The notes: generated from the sequence alone by a model not told the origin. A DNA stretch of 32,000 nt from Candidatus Syntropharchaeum caldarium (GCA_001766815.1 LYOS01000001.1:1-32000); one strand, 5' to 3'. Positions 7,601 through 16,645 are shown, numbered from the stretch's first letter. Program-made: numbers and translations.

Positions 7601-7937
7601 TTGCAGCATAAAGAATCGCCTGACGCTCCTCAAGAAGCCAGTCACCATCACCCCGTTCATCGATGTGCGGGATGCCACCAAACCGCTTCGCTTCAAGTAA
7701 GATAACAGGCTTCTTATCTATCTTCAGGGCAACGTCCGCACGTCCACCGCTCTTTATCGAGTATTCCCTGTCATACTCCTCAGGATTTGATATATCCCAG
7801 CCCAGGATCTCAAATAATGGATCGATGAAATCTGACCTTACATTCGCCTCACTCAGTTCTTTGATCCCTGATCTTCCCTTAGATCTAAGAAGCTCTCTGT
7901 ATTTAGTGATCAGGGTCTCGATCTTTTCACGTTCCAT
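4677..7937 (-). CDS. Type IIG (Eco57I-like) fused restriction endonuclease / N6-adenine DNA methyltransferase
   Basis: The protein is 1086 aa. The N-terminus has a PD-(D/E)xK-like motif (GGRADVALKIDKKPVILLEAKR). SAM motif I is DPACGSGSFL and catalytic motif IV is VVGNPPW. A TaqI-C-like target-recognition region (LAILNSRLMNHYY) follows. The tail YELYGLSEEEIRVVE is typical of this family. Confidence 0.85.
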   Translation of the reverse strand: MEREKIETLITKYRELLRSKGRSGIKELSEANVRSDFIDPLFEILGWDISNPEEYDREYSIKSGGRADVALKIDKKPVILLEAKRFGGIPHIDERGDGDWLLEERQAILYAAKEGAKWAILTNFEKFRVFNARTGLTILDIESIYDYTDKIGKLLYLTKDAVVTGRIEKLAAWDERPDIDLEFLELLKNWRIRLANDIYERNMDNEVLKSGDGEPDLERLKDAVQRILDRLIIVRWAEDNLVLEDPNILQRKYNDWKLSPTYNSIVDSLFADRALFDKFNEIHDGKIFERGHICEQVKIGDETLGAIIDEMNQISFRKFDFDILGNTYETYLGHTLYFKDDGTLGLRPSQATRKESGIYYTPRYVVDYIIRNTLGELLKGKTPEEVEKIRVLDPACGSGSFLIKAFDYFKDYYDAENERIREEREKRIREYLRSGGNQLKLDEMNGLEYAAYRDVEKKILENNIFGVDLDRQAAEIASVNLMLKALKPKEKLPLILDENIRVGNSLISGSEEELREYFGESWEDKKPFNWKEAFGEEGFDVVVGNPPWVSFGLRGVGKIERSMDKYFRENYPNSAEYKLSTYAIFMNRAITFLKDGGIFGFIVPDSFLLGRYFSKIRRFILDTAKIREIVLFLEDFWPHGTVGRSVIIILEKEKDEASRLKNKVAVKLSPRLEDIFKGDVKTYSYEQRYFESVLHNRFRLFFDEESKSFVERIEEKGIGLNEIASIYTGVRSKVGQKNIISKEKKGERWYPGLISGSEIGRYWLGYTGYFLHIEPSILWSGGWDPEVVLKEKLLMRQTGDSIVATYDPDKYYHLNNLHSLILENEGYDLRYILAILNSRLMNHYYHLISLELGRTMAQTDIEMIEQLPIYPATPSQQKPIIELVDRMLALNKELNTINTDFDRYVSLYPRVKDSTLKDYIKDLPVSDKEVLKDHYGNPINQIKGKIKAFEIIEEGDWLVFKVGYIFKTSKGKEVLIENVRAFRCRIEDVNLRKFLYYSIKEYVKPGKIGKGNIYERILKIKVPRFAEREEENRKVIDEIMEVYLDEVEKRVELEREIEATDKEIDRMVYELYGLSEEEIRVVEGSK

Positions 7938-7996
7938 CCTGAAATCCTCTCACACCCCATTAAATCTCACAGCTTTAAATCTCCTTCGAGATATCT

Positions 7997-9544
7997 TCAA
8001 GCCTCCACCGTGGCGATCGCCCTCAACATTGCTTCCATCTTGCGCTCGGTCTCATAAAACTCACGCTCTGGATCAGAATCTGCGACAATCCCTGCCCCTG
8101 CCTGGATGTATGCAACACCGTCACGCATCACGATTGTTCTTATCGCAATCGCAAAGTCAGCATCCCCATCCCAGGTATAGTATCCGATCCCACCACCATA
8201 GACCCCTCTTGATCCCTTCTCAAGCTTATCGATTATCTCCATCGCACGGATCTTTGGTGCACCTGACAATGTCCCTGCAGGAAAGATTGCACGGGTTGCA
8301 TCAAACGGTGTGCATTCACTTCTTAAAACACCTGATACAGTGGATTCGATGTGCTGAACGTGTGAGTAGCGAATCACAGACATGAAGTCATCGACCCTGA
8401 CAGAGCCAGGTTCTGAGACCATCCTCACATCATTCCTGCCAAGATCGACGAGCATCACATGCTCTGCACACTCTTTTTCATCAGAAAGCATCGATTCTGC
8501 AAGTTCATTATCTTCCCTTGCATCTCTTCCTCTCGGACACGTCCCTGCGATCGGGTTTGTTATGACCTTTTTCTCATGCACAGTCAGAAGTGTCTCAGGG
8601 CTTGCTCCAGCGATACTGATCCCATCAAATTCAAAGAGATACATGTATGGACTTGGATTTATTCTTCTCAGGGCTTTGTAGATCTTTAGTGGTGAGGATG
8701 AGACCTTCACACGTCGTAACCGTGAGAGAACAACCTGAAATATGTCCCCATCTAATATGTGTTTCTTGGCGATCTTTACAGACCTCTCATACTCATCTTT
8801 GCTCATATTTGAGGTGCTTTCAGGAAGCAGATCACTCCTGTTATCAAGTGTGGGCTCAAGCTCAGGGATTGTTGAGGATGCTTCGATGATCCTGATAAGC
8901 TCTGTGGCTTTCTGCTCAAGATCGGAATATAGCGTTTTAAGATCCAGATCTGGGGTAATAAGTGGTGTAAGCACGATATAGATCATTCCTTCCCTGTGAT
9001 CAAAAATTATGCTTGCTGTCATCACCAGAAACTTCATATCAGGAACTAATTTCTGCTCATACTTTGATTCAATATCAAGCCAGCAATCATAGACGATATC
9101 ATAGGCAATATAACCGATCAACCCGCCGGTGAATGCCTGTCTTGCGAATAGCTTCCCGCTATGATAGTCTATCGCTGGAAATATCGCATTCAGGGCAGCA
9201 AGGAGATCCATGCCCTCCTTTATTTCACCGTTTTCATCGAGAACTGTATTCAGATTTGCTTTCAACAGCTCGGTAAGCGGCGTCTTTTCACCCTCGATCC
9301 TGATTTTTCGCTCATTCAGTGTCACGATGCACTCGGGGTTTGCCCCCAGGAACGAAAACCTCGCACGTTTTTTCTCTTTCTCGACCGATTCAAGGAGGTA
9401 TCTGTTGCCATACTCACATGAGAGGGCTATATAAACCTTCAAAGGGGTGGTATCAGCTTTTATACCTGTATATAACTCCAGCATGAACGGTTTTTCAGAT
9501 GCTGATGCAACCGCCCTGACCTCTTTCAGTGATAGATTGAACAT
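7997..9544 (-). CDS. trpE: anthranilate synthase component I
   Basis: The 515-aa protein has a chorismate-binding C-terminus (GGGIGYYTWDGDADFAIAIRT, IQAGAGIVADSDPE). The N-terminal LLESX10S motif (YLLESVEKEKKRARFS) is characteristic of Trp-feedback-sensitive TrpE. Confidence 0.85.
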   Translation of the reverse strand: MFNLSLKEVRAVASASEKPFMLELYTGIKADTTPLKVYIALSCEYGNRYLLESVEKEKKRARFSFLGANPECIVTLNERKIRIEGEKTPLTELLKANLNTVLDENGEIKEGMDLLAALNAIFPAIDYHSGKLFARQAFTGGLIGYIAYDIVYDCWLDIESKYEQKLVPDMKFLVMTASIIFDHREGMIYIVLTPLITPDLDLKTLYSDLEQKATELIRIIEASSTIPELEPTLDNRSDLLPESTSNMSKDEYERSVKIAKKHILDGDIFQVVLSRLRRVKVSSSPLKIYKALRRINPSPYMYLFEFDGISIAGASPETLLTVHEKKVITNPIAGTCPRGRDAREDNELAESMLSDEKECAEHVMLVDLGRNDVRMVSEPGSVRVDDFMSVIRYSHVQHIESTVSGVLRSECTPFDATRAIFPAGTLSGAPKIRAMEIIDKLEKGSRGVYGGGIGYYTWDGDADFAIAIRTIVMRDGVAYIQAGAGIVADSDPEREFYETERKMEAMLRAIATVEA

Positions 9545-9681
9545 TATTATTCACCAATAAACTTTTAATAACTATGATGTATAAATTCATGCATCAGAGC
9601 ACTTAAATTGGCTTACTTTGAAGACCTTTATATAGATTGTGGCTGTAAACCTTTTAACCAAAGAAAGCAATCTTCAATCTT

Positions 9682-10596
9682 ATGAAAGGCGTACACCACC
9701 TTGTTTCTATCCTCGACCTTGATCCAGAGGAGATATACCAGATCGTGGAGGATGCAATCTCACTTAAGCAGACCCGTGATGACGGTCTTCATATCAGCGA
9801 CCTGCAGCAGAAGAGTCTTGCCATGATCTTTGAGAAGCCCTCCACACGCACAAGGGTCTCATTTGAGGTTGCGATGACCGAACTTGGTGGACATGCACTA
9901 TATCTAAACTGGAACGACCTGCAGCTTGGGCGTGGTGAGCCGCTCTCGGATACCGCCCGTGTTCTATCATCCTACGTCCATGCGATAATGATACGTTCAA
10001 GAAAGCACGAGACGATTCTTGAGCTTGCAAAATATGCAACCGTGCCTGTAATAAATGGATTGAGCGATCTGGAGCATCCATGCCAGATTCTGGCGGATCT
10101 TACAACGATAAAAGAATTCAAGGGTGGCTTTGAAGGTTTGAAGTTTGCATGGATCGGGGATGGAAACAACGTCTGCAACTCAGCGATACTCGCATCAGCT
10201 CTTGTCGGGATGGAGATCGGGGTCGCGACACCTCCTGGGTATGAACCAGACTTCGAGATCATCAATCGAGCAATCGAGCTTGGCGGTAAGATCATCTTCA
10301 CAAACAACCCCTCAGAAGCAGCAGAAGGTGCAGATGTGCTTTATACTGATGTCTGGGTCTCGATGGGCGATGACGATGAACGGGAAAAACGGATGCGGGA
10401 TTTTGCAGGATACCAGATCGATGAAAACCTTCTTGATCTCACGAATAAGAACTCGATTGTCATGCACTGTCTTCCTGCACATCGGGGCGAGGAGATCACA
10501 GATGGGGTGATTGAAGGTCCGCATTCTGTCATATTCACTCAGGCTGAGAACAGGCTTCATGCCCAGAAAGCGCTTCTTTTGAAGGTTATGGGATGA
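9682..10596 (+). CDS. argF: ornithine carbamoyltransferase
   Basis: The 304-aa protein has the carbamoyl-phosphate motif STRTR ([11 protein letters not shown]). It also has HPCQ, DVWVSMG and [10 protein letters not shown], which are OTCase rather than ATCase signatures. Confidence 0.9.
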   Translation: MKGVHHLVSILDLDPEEIYQIVEDAISLKQTRDDGLHISDLQQKSLAMIFEKPSTRTRVSFEVAMTELGGHALYLNWNDLQLGRGEPLSDTARVLSSYVHAIMIRSRKHETILELAKYATVPVINGLSDLEHPCQILADLTTIKEFKGGFEGLKFAWIGDGNNVCNSAILASALVGMEIGVATPPGYEPDFEIINRAIELGGKIIFTNNPSEAAEGADVLYTDVWVSMGDDDEREKRMRDFAGYQIDENLLDLTNKNSIVMHCLPAHRGEEITDGVIEGPHSVIFTQAENRLHAQKALLLKVMG

Positions 10597-11369
10597 AACG
10601 TGTTCTGCTTGAGATTCGAAAGTGCGTGGATTCGTGCGAGGTCTGCAATAGCATTGAGAAGCGGATTCGCGATACGATCGAGGAGTTGGATTACAGGCAT
10701 ATATGGGTAAGTACCAGCAGGTTTGACCACGAAACAGAGACACCGCATCCAATTATTTTCGTCGATGGTGAGATCTGGAAGATGGGTAATTTGAGCCAGC
10801 GGGATATCACAAAAGGACTGCGAGAGATTGTATATGGGCGCAAAGGAACCGCCATCCCACGAAATATTGCAATTATTGCATGCAGCGGGTGTGAAGTTGG
10901 CGAGGATGAGATTAAAAAAGCGGTGGATGTAGCAGAGCGTTATAAAGATCTGATCGTTCATCTTGAACTTCCAGGAAGACTGGATGATCTTTCAGAAGCT
11001 GAGCTTGAAAAGGTCAGGGAGTCGCTCGATAGGATGAAGATGCAGCCTGGCAGACGATTTATCTCGGTTGATGGATGTGATTCTATCTGTGCAACACGGT
11101 TAATTGAGCTTGCTGGAATCGAGCCAACAGAAACGATCAAGATTAAAGAGGGATGGGAGGATGAGCTTCTTGAAGTGATCCTCGATATCATAAAGAACTA
11201 CTGCGACTGCCCACTCTATGAAAACCTCGATCCTGCCTGCAATACCTGCCCGATGTCGAAGGTCTGCTTCACACTGAAACGGGTTGAATTTGCGATCACC
11301 GACAGTATTGATCAGGGCAAAACAGATATTTTTATAACTCCTGAAAAAGAGGAAGAAAAAGAGGTATAA
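10593..11369 (+). CDS. Cys-rich redox-type protein: thioredoxin-fold N-terminus + DGC-like domain + C-terminal Cys cluster
   Basis: The N-terminus resembles small thioredoxin-fold proteins (CVDSCEVC ... [16 protein letters not shown]). The centre carries ACSGC and the DGC motif ([16 protein letters not shown]), as in the putative zinc-binding DGC domain. The C-terminus is [22 protein letters not shown]. The start overlaps the argF stop (ATGA). Confidence 0.55.
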   Translation: MKRVLLEIRKCVDSCEVCNSIEKRIRDTIEELDYRHIWVSTSRFDHETETPHPIIFVDGEIWKMGNLSQRDITKGLREIVYGRKGTAIPRNIAIIACSGCEVGEDEIKKAVDVAERYKDLIVHLELPGRLDDLSEAELEKVRESLDRMKMQPGRRFISVDGCDSICATRLIELAGIEPTETIKIKEGWEDELLEVILDIIKNYCDCPLYENLDPACNTCPMSKVCFTLKRVEFAITDSIDQGKTDIFITPEKEEEKEV

Positions 11370-11370
11370 G

Positions 11371-11862
11371 ATGGTTGAGTATGAGAGAATTAGGTTGGAG
11401 AATCCAGATGAACAATATCAGGTGATTGTTGGGCAGGGAAACTTCTCAATCTTTGCCTGCGATGATATCTTCCGCCTGCTTCTGACGACTGTACCCGGGA
11501 TCAAATGTGCTGTTGCGATGAATGAGGCAGTTCCACGACTTACAAGGGTTACAGGAAACGACGAGATACTTAAAGAGCTTGCAGCAAAGAACGCATCTTT
11601 GATCGGAGCTGGACATGTATTTGTAATCATGATGGAGGGTGCTTTTCCGATAAATGTACTGGGGGCACTCAAAAGCCATCCTGCGGTTGTAACGCTATAT
11701 GTTGCGACCGCAAACCCAGTTGAGATTATTCTGGCAAAAACAGATCTCGGATCTGCGGTCATTGGCGCGGTCGATGGTGCTTCTGCGACACGTATCGAGA
11801 CAGAGGAAGAGCGGCGTGAAAGGAGAGAACTCTGTGAGAAGCTTGGATACAGGCTTGACTGA
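11371..11862 (+). CDS. PF04008-type protein (annotated in databases as adenosine-specific kinase family)
   Basis: The 163-aa protein has strings I recognise from this family (GAGHVFVIMMEGAFPINVLGALK, VATANPVEIILA, IGAVDGAS, LGYRL). The biochemical role of archaeal members is not securely established. Confidence 0.65.
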   Translation: MVEYERIRLENPDEQYQVIVGQGNFSIFACDDIFRLLLTTVPGIKCAVAMNEAVPRLTRVTGNDEILKELAAKNASLIGAGHVFVIMMEGAFPINVLGALKSHPAVVTLYVATANPVEIILAKTDLGSAVIGAVDGASATRIETEEERRERRELCEKLGYRLD

Positions 11863-14862
11863 GTGATGGTTCGAGTAATCGGTTCGGTCCTCGTGATCGG
11901 TGGGGGGATCTCAGGTATTCAGGCAGCACTTGAGGTTGCAGACCAGAATTTCAGGGTCTATCTCCTGGAGCAAAGCGGATCGATCGGGGGGTTGATGTCA
12001 AGGCTGGATAAGACTTTTCCCACAAATGACTGCTCGTTGTGTATCGAGTCCCCGAAGATGGTTGAGCTTGGACGCCATCCAAATATCCGCGTGATACCAG
12101 AGGGTGAGATCAGATCGATATCTGGGAAGGCTGGAAACTTCACGGTTAAGATTGTACGGCGAAATCTTTATGTTGATAGTGACCTCTGTGTGGGTTGCAT
12201 CGATCTCTGTGCACCTGTATGTCCAATCGAGCTTCCATCGAGGGAAGAGTTCATGATTGGAGGGCGTAAAGCAATTTATGTCCCGTTCCCACAGGCCGTG
12301 CCCCTTGTTGCGAGGATTGATACCGATCATTGTATTGGTTGCAGGTTATGCATGGCTGCGTGTGAGCGGGGTGCAATCGATTACTTCAGAGGGGACATCG
12401 AGGAGGAACTGAAGGTTGGAAGTATCATCATCGCATCTGGTATCGAGCCGTTTGATCCTTCCAGTCTGCCCGAGTATGGATATGGACGAATTGAGAATGT
12501 GATAACCGCACCCCAGTACGAACGCCTGATCTCTGCAGCAGGCCCCACCGAAGGCAGGATCATGCGTCCATCTGATGGCAGGCATCCAGAACGAGTTGCA
12601 TGGATACAGTGTGTCGGCTCAAGGAACGCAGAATTTCCATCATGCTCGGCTGTTTGTTGCATGTATGCAACAAAAGAAGCGATGGCGACCCTCCATAGCA
12701 AGCGATACATCTTTTACATCGATCTGAGATCCTATGGGAAGGCATTCGAGATCTTCTACCGCACGGCAAAACGGATCGGTGTTGAATACATCAGGAGTAA
12801 ACCCGGTGTGATACTTGAAGATCATGAGAAGAACCCGGTTATACGCTATGAGGATACCGAAACAGGCGAGGTACAGGATCTTACGGTTGATCTTGTTGTG
12901 CTATCGGTTGGACTCAGACCACCAGCCTCAAACAATAAACTTTCAGCGATACTTGGCGTTAAACTCGATGAACTTGGTTTTTTAGCGCCAAAAAGTCTAC
13001 TGAACCCACTTGAAACCTGTATTGATGGGATTTACATCTGTGGGTGCGCAACCGGCGCGAAGGATATTCCTGATTCGGTGACACAGGGTGTAGCCGCTGC
13101 GACAAGAGCTATACTACCGTTGATCCAATCAAGGGGCAAGGAGATTCCTGAAAGGGTGAAGATCAAAGAACGGGTGGTTGATCAGAGTGGCATACCACGC
13201 ATAGGTGTCTTTATCTGTGACTGTGGGGTCAATATCGCGAGCGTGCTCGATGTGCCGGCGCTTGTTGAGTATGCAAAGACACTCCCCGGCGTTGTGTACG
13301 CAAATGAAGCGACCTTTGCCTGTTCTTCCGATACCCAGAGTCAAATAAAGGATACGATCATCATACAGAATTTAGATCGGGTTGTTGTTGCGGCCTGCAC
13401 ACCCCGCACACACGAACCACTATTTCAGCGCACATGTGAAGAGGTGGGGCTTAATCCATATCTTTTTGAGCTGGCAAACATCAGAGAACACTGCTCATGG
13501 GTACATATACACGATAAAGAACTCGCTCTTGAAAAAGCGAAAGATATAATCAGAATGGCTGTTGCAAAGTCCAGTCTATCCCGCCCGATTCATCGCGTGA
13601 AGATTCCGGTCACAAAGCGCGCACTTGTGCTTGGTGCAGGTATCAGCGGTATGCGGGCTGCACTTGATATTGCAAATCAGGGGATAGAAGTATATCTTGT
13701 TGAACGTGCAAACGAACCAGGCGGAATTTTGAGGCAGATTACGCACCTCCATGACGGCACGCCGGTCGCTGATTTTCTTCCTCCTCTGATCGATGAGGTC
13801 AGATCACACCCAGATATCCATCTCATGACAGGTTGCACCATCGATGACGTGAGTGGCTATGTGGGCGAGTTCAGCGTGAAAATAAGCGGTGAGAGAAACA
13901 CAGAACTTCAGGTTGGAGTCTGTGTTGTTGCAACAGGAATGCAGGAACTTGAACCTCATGGTTACTATCGATATGGCGAGGATCCAGCAGTTGTAACACA
14001 GACTGAGCTTGAGACGCTGATAAAGATGGGCGAAAAGTGGGAGAGGGTCGTTATGATCCAGTGTGTTGGCTCAAGGGATGATGAGAGACCATACTGCTCC
14101 AGGATCTGCTGTATCAATGCAGTCAAGAATGCGATAGCGATAAAATCGAGAAATCCACAGACAGAGGTTTACATCCTTTATCGGGATATCATGACGTATG
14201 CACGCTGGGAACGCCTCTACTCGAGAGCTATGGAGATGGGTGTGCTCTTCATCAGGTACAGCCCAGAAACACCGCCATCGGTTGATGAGAAACTCAGGGT
14301 GAGGGTTTATGATACTCTCCTCGATGCAGAACTTGTAATCGATGCAGATCAGGTTGTTTTATCCGGTGCGATGATTCCCTCAGAGGGGGCAGAGAAGATT
14401 GCCCACCTCTTCAAGCTTCCGATCTATGAGGATGGATACTTCCTCGAGGCACACCTTAAACTCAGGCCCCTTGATGGTGCGTTTGGTGGGGTATTTCTCT
14501 GTGGTGGTGCACACTATCCCAAACTCATCGATGAGGCGATCACCCAGGGTACGGGTGTTGCTGCCCGTGCGTGTTCGATCCTTGTACATGATGAGATTGA
14601 GACCGAAGGCATCATCTCGCGCGTGGATGAGGATATATGTATCGGGTGCGGTCTCTGTCTCGATCTCTGCGCTTTTGGCGCACTTGAACTTCGGTCGAGA
14701 AAGGCTTATATCAATCCGGTGGTGTGTAAGGGTTGTGGCCTCTGTGCCGCTGCGTGCAATATCGGTGCAATCGAAGAACTCAACTTCACATCACGGCAGA
14801 TCGAAGCGATGATAAGGGGATTTATGTATGGCAAAGAAACAGAAGAAAAAGGGAAAGTCTGA
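11863..14862 (+). CDS. hdrA: tandem-fused HdrA-like flavoprotein (heterodisulfide reductase subunit A family), 999 aa
   Basis: There are two FAD-binding GxGxxG modules (GGGISGIQAA near the N-terminus and GAGISGMRAA in the second half). There are two HdrA-type Cys motifs (CVGSRN...CSAVCC and CVGSRDDERPYCSRICC). An HdrA N-terminal-domain-like segment sits in the middle (GVFICDCGVNIA...VVAACTPRTHEPLF). Several CxxCxxCxxxCP ferredoxin motifs are present. The start is GTG at 11863 or ATG at 11866. Confidence 0.85.
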   Translation: MMVRVIGSVLVIGGGISGIQAALEVADQNFRVYLLEQSGSIGGLMSRLDKTFPTNDCSLCIESPKMVELGRHPNIRVIPEGEIRSISGKAGNFTVKIVRRNLYVDSDLCVGCIDLCAPVCPIELPSREEFMIGGRKAIYVPFPQAVPLVARIDTDHCIGCRLCMAACERGAIDYFRGDIEEELKVGSIIIASGIEPFDPSSLPEYGYGRIENVITAPQYERLISAAGPTEGRIMRPSDGRHPERVAWIQCVGSRNAEFPSCSAVCCMYATKEAMATLHSKRYIFYIDLRSYGKAFEIFYRTAKRIGVEYIRSKPGVILEDHEKNPVIRYEDTETGEVQDLTVDLVVLSVGLRPPASNNKLSAILGVKLDELGFLAPKSLLNPLETCIDGIYICGCATGAKDIPDSVTQGVAAATRAILPLIQSRGKEIPERVKIKERVVDQSGIPRIGVFICDCGVNIASVLDVPALVEYAKTLPGVVYANEATFACSSDTQSQIKDTIIIQNLDRVVVAACTPRTHEPLFQRTCEEVGLNPYLFELANIREHCSWVHIHDKELALEKAKDIIRMAVAKSSLSRPIHRVKIPVTKRALVLGAGISGMRAALDIANQGIEVYLVERANEPGGILRQITHLHDGTPVADFLPPLIDEVRSHPDIHLMTGCTIDDVSGYVGEFSVKISGERNTELQVGVCVVATGMQELEPHGYYRYGEDPAVVTQTELETLIKMGEKWERVVMIQCVGSRDDERPYCSRICCINAVKNAIAIKSRNPQTEVYILYRDIMTYARWERLYSRAMEMGVLFIRYSPETPPSVDEKLRVRVYDTLLDAELVIDADQVVLSGAMIPSEGAEKIAHLFKLPIYEDGYFLEAHLKLRPLDGAFGGVFLCGGAHYPKLIDEAITQGTGVAARACSILVHDEIETEGIISRVDEDICIGCGLCLDLCAFGALELRSRKAYINPVVCKGCGLCAAACNIGAIEELNFTSRQIEAMIRGFMYGKETEEKGKV

Positions 14863-16642
14863 AGGTAAAGCTGGAAAAGAGGATCTTCGAACGCCAATCG
14901 TGAGTGTGATGGGGCATGTTGATCATGGCAAGACGCTTCTTCTCGATCAGATAAGGGGTAGCACAATTGTCGATCGAGAAGCAGGCAGGATCACGCAGCA
15001 TATTGGTGCAACGGAGGTCCCGATCGCAACAATTACAAAAATCTGTGCACCCCTCACAAAATTAAAATTTGAGATACCCGGGCTTCTCTTCATAGATACA
15101 CCAGGGCATCACGCTTTCACAACACTTCGATCAAGGGGTGGGGCACTCTCTGACATTGCGGTTGTCGTGGTGGATATTCTCGAAGGTTTCAGGCCCCAGA
15201 CGATTGAGACGATCAACATACTCAAGCGGTTCAGGACACCATTTGTTGTGGCATGCAACAAGATCGACAGAATTAGTGGATGGATCGCACATCCCAGTGA
15301 GCCGTTCATCACAAGTTATAAAAAACAGAGAGAGAGTGTGCAGACGGTTCTTGATGAGAAGATTTATGAGATCGTGGGCTCACTCCATGAGCAGGGCTTT
15401 AGCTCAGATCGTTATGATAGAATCACCGATTTCCAGCGTAACATAGGGATCATACCAACAAGTGCAATGACTGGCGAAGGCATCCCTGATCTCTTGCTGG
15501 TGCTTATCGGGCTCGCACAGAAGTTTCTTGAGGATTCTCTTCACATCAAGCCATCAAACGCAGGGGTTGGAACGATACTTGAGGTAAAGGAGGAGAAAGG
15601 ACTTGGTATAACGCTTGATGTTATCCTCTACGATGGCACGATTAAGACAGGCGATAAAATCGTTGTTGGAAGCCTGAAAGAGCCGATTGTAACGCATGTG
15701 AAGGCGCTTCTCAAACCAAGACCACTGCAGGAGATTCGGATGGAGGAACGCTTCAAATCTGTCAGGTATGCGACGGCAGCAGCAGGTGTCAAAGTCGCTG
15801 CACCAAACCTTGAGGGTGCACTTGCAGGGCTGCCGGTCAGGGTGGTGGCTGATGATGCAGATCTCGAGGAGATAATTGCAGATGTCTCAGGTTCTGGAGA
15901 GATCAAGATTGAACAGGATCCGATCGGGATTATCATAAAAGCAGATACGCTGGGCTCGCTTGAGGCCCTTGCACACGAACTCAGGGAGGCAGAGATCCCG
16001 ATACAGTCGGCAGAGGTGGGTGATATCTCAAGACGGGATGTTATAAATGCGTCCACGATAAAAGATCCGCTATTGGCCGTTATTCTCGGATTCAATGTCG
16101 ATATACTACCTGATGCACTTGATGAAATCATGAAAGAAGATGTTGCGGTATTTACAGACACAGTGATCTATGGTCTCCTCGACAGCTATGAGGAATGGGC
16201 CGCCGCCAAACGTGAGGAGATAAAGGCAGCGAAATTTGGCGAGGTTACACGCCCCGGAATCGTCGAATTGCTGCCCGGGTGTGTATTCAGGCAGAGTAAA
16301 CCTGCTGTTGTGGGTGTGAAAGTAATTCACGGTACGATAAAGCCAAATGTCACACTAATTAAAGCAGATGGGAAGCGCATCGGTGTTGTGAAGGGACTTC
16401 AGTCTGCTGGGGAGGACATAGGCATGGCAAAAGAAGGTATGGAGTTTGCTCTAGCGATAGAAGGACCAACCGTGGGACGGCAGATCAATGTCGGCGATCG
16501 ATTATTTGTTGAACTCTCAGAATCGGATGCAAGGTTACTTGATACTGAACGTGATAGCGACATCCTCGACGAAAGCGAGATAAAAGCTCTCGATGAATTT
16601 TTGCGGATAAAACGGCGTGATGATCCGTTCTGGGGAAAGTGA
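14828..16642 (+). CDS. infB: translation initiation factor aIF5B (IF2 homologue)
   Basis: The 604-aa protein has a Lys-rich N-terminus and GTPase motifs GHVDHGKT, DTPGH and NKID. Its length is typical for an intein-free aIF5B. Confidence 0.9.
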   Translation: MAKKQKKKGKSEGKAGKEDLRTPIVSVMGHVDHGKTLLLDQIRGSTIVDREAGRITQHIGATEVPIATITKICAPLTKLKFEIPGLLFIDTPGHHAFTTLRSRGGALSDIAVVVVDILEGFRPQTIETINILKRFRTPFVVACNKIDRISGWIAHPSEPFITSYKKQRESVQTVLDEKIYEIVGSLHEQGFSSDRYDRITDFQRNIGIIPTSAMTGEGIPDLLLVLIGLAQKFLEDSLHIKPSNAGVGTILEVKEEKGLGITLDVILYDGTIKTGDKIVVGSLKEPIVTHVKALLKPRPLQEIRMEERFKSVRYATAAAGVKVAAPNLEGALAGLPVRVVADDADLEEIIADVSGSGEIKIEQDPIGIIIKADTLGSLEALAHELREAEIPIQSAEVGDISRRDVINASTIKDPLLAVILGFNVDILPDALDEIMKEDVAVFTDTVIYGLLDSYEEWAAAKREEIKAAKFGEVTRPGIVELLPGCVFRQSKPAVVGVKVIHGTIKPNVTLIKADGKRIGVVKGLQSAGEDIGMAKEGMEFALAIEGPTVGRQINVGDRLFVELSESDARLLDTERDSDILDESEIKALDEFLRIKRRDDPFWGK

Positions 16643-16645
16643 AAC

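Noticed and set aside
9545-9681. The divergent trpE/argF intergenic region, scanned for TATA boxes, palindromic operators and C/D-box sRNA motifs (atgatgt at about 9575).
   Set aside because: Several AT-rich TATA-like strings exist (for example cctttatatag). However, there is no convincing palindrome and no C box/D box pair with proper spacing. That is too ambiguous to annotate.
15628-16161. Long antisense or shadow ORFs inside confident genes. Examples are 15628-16161(-), 21773-22306(-), 30772-31311(-), 7663-8385(+), 10312-10752(-), 11418-11762(-) and 29639-30016(-).
   Set aside because: They are Ser/Arg/Pro-rich low-complexity translations lying opposite strongly motif-supported genes. This is the typical behaviour of non-coding reverse frames, with no independent evidence for overlapping genes.
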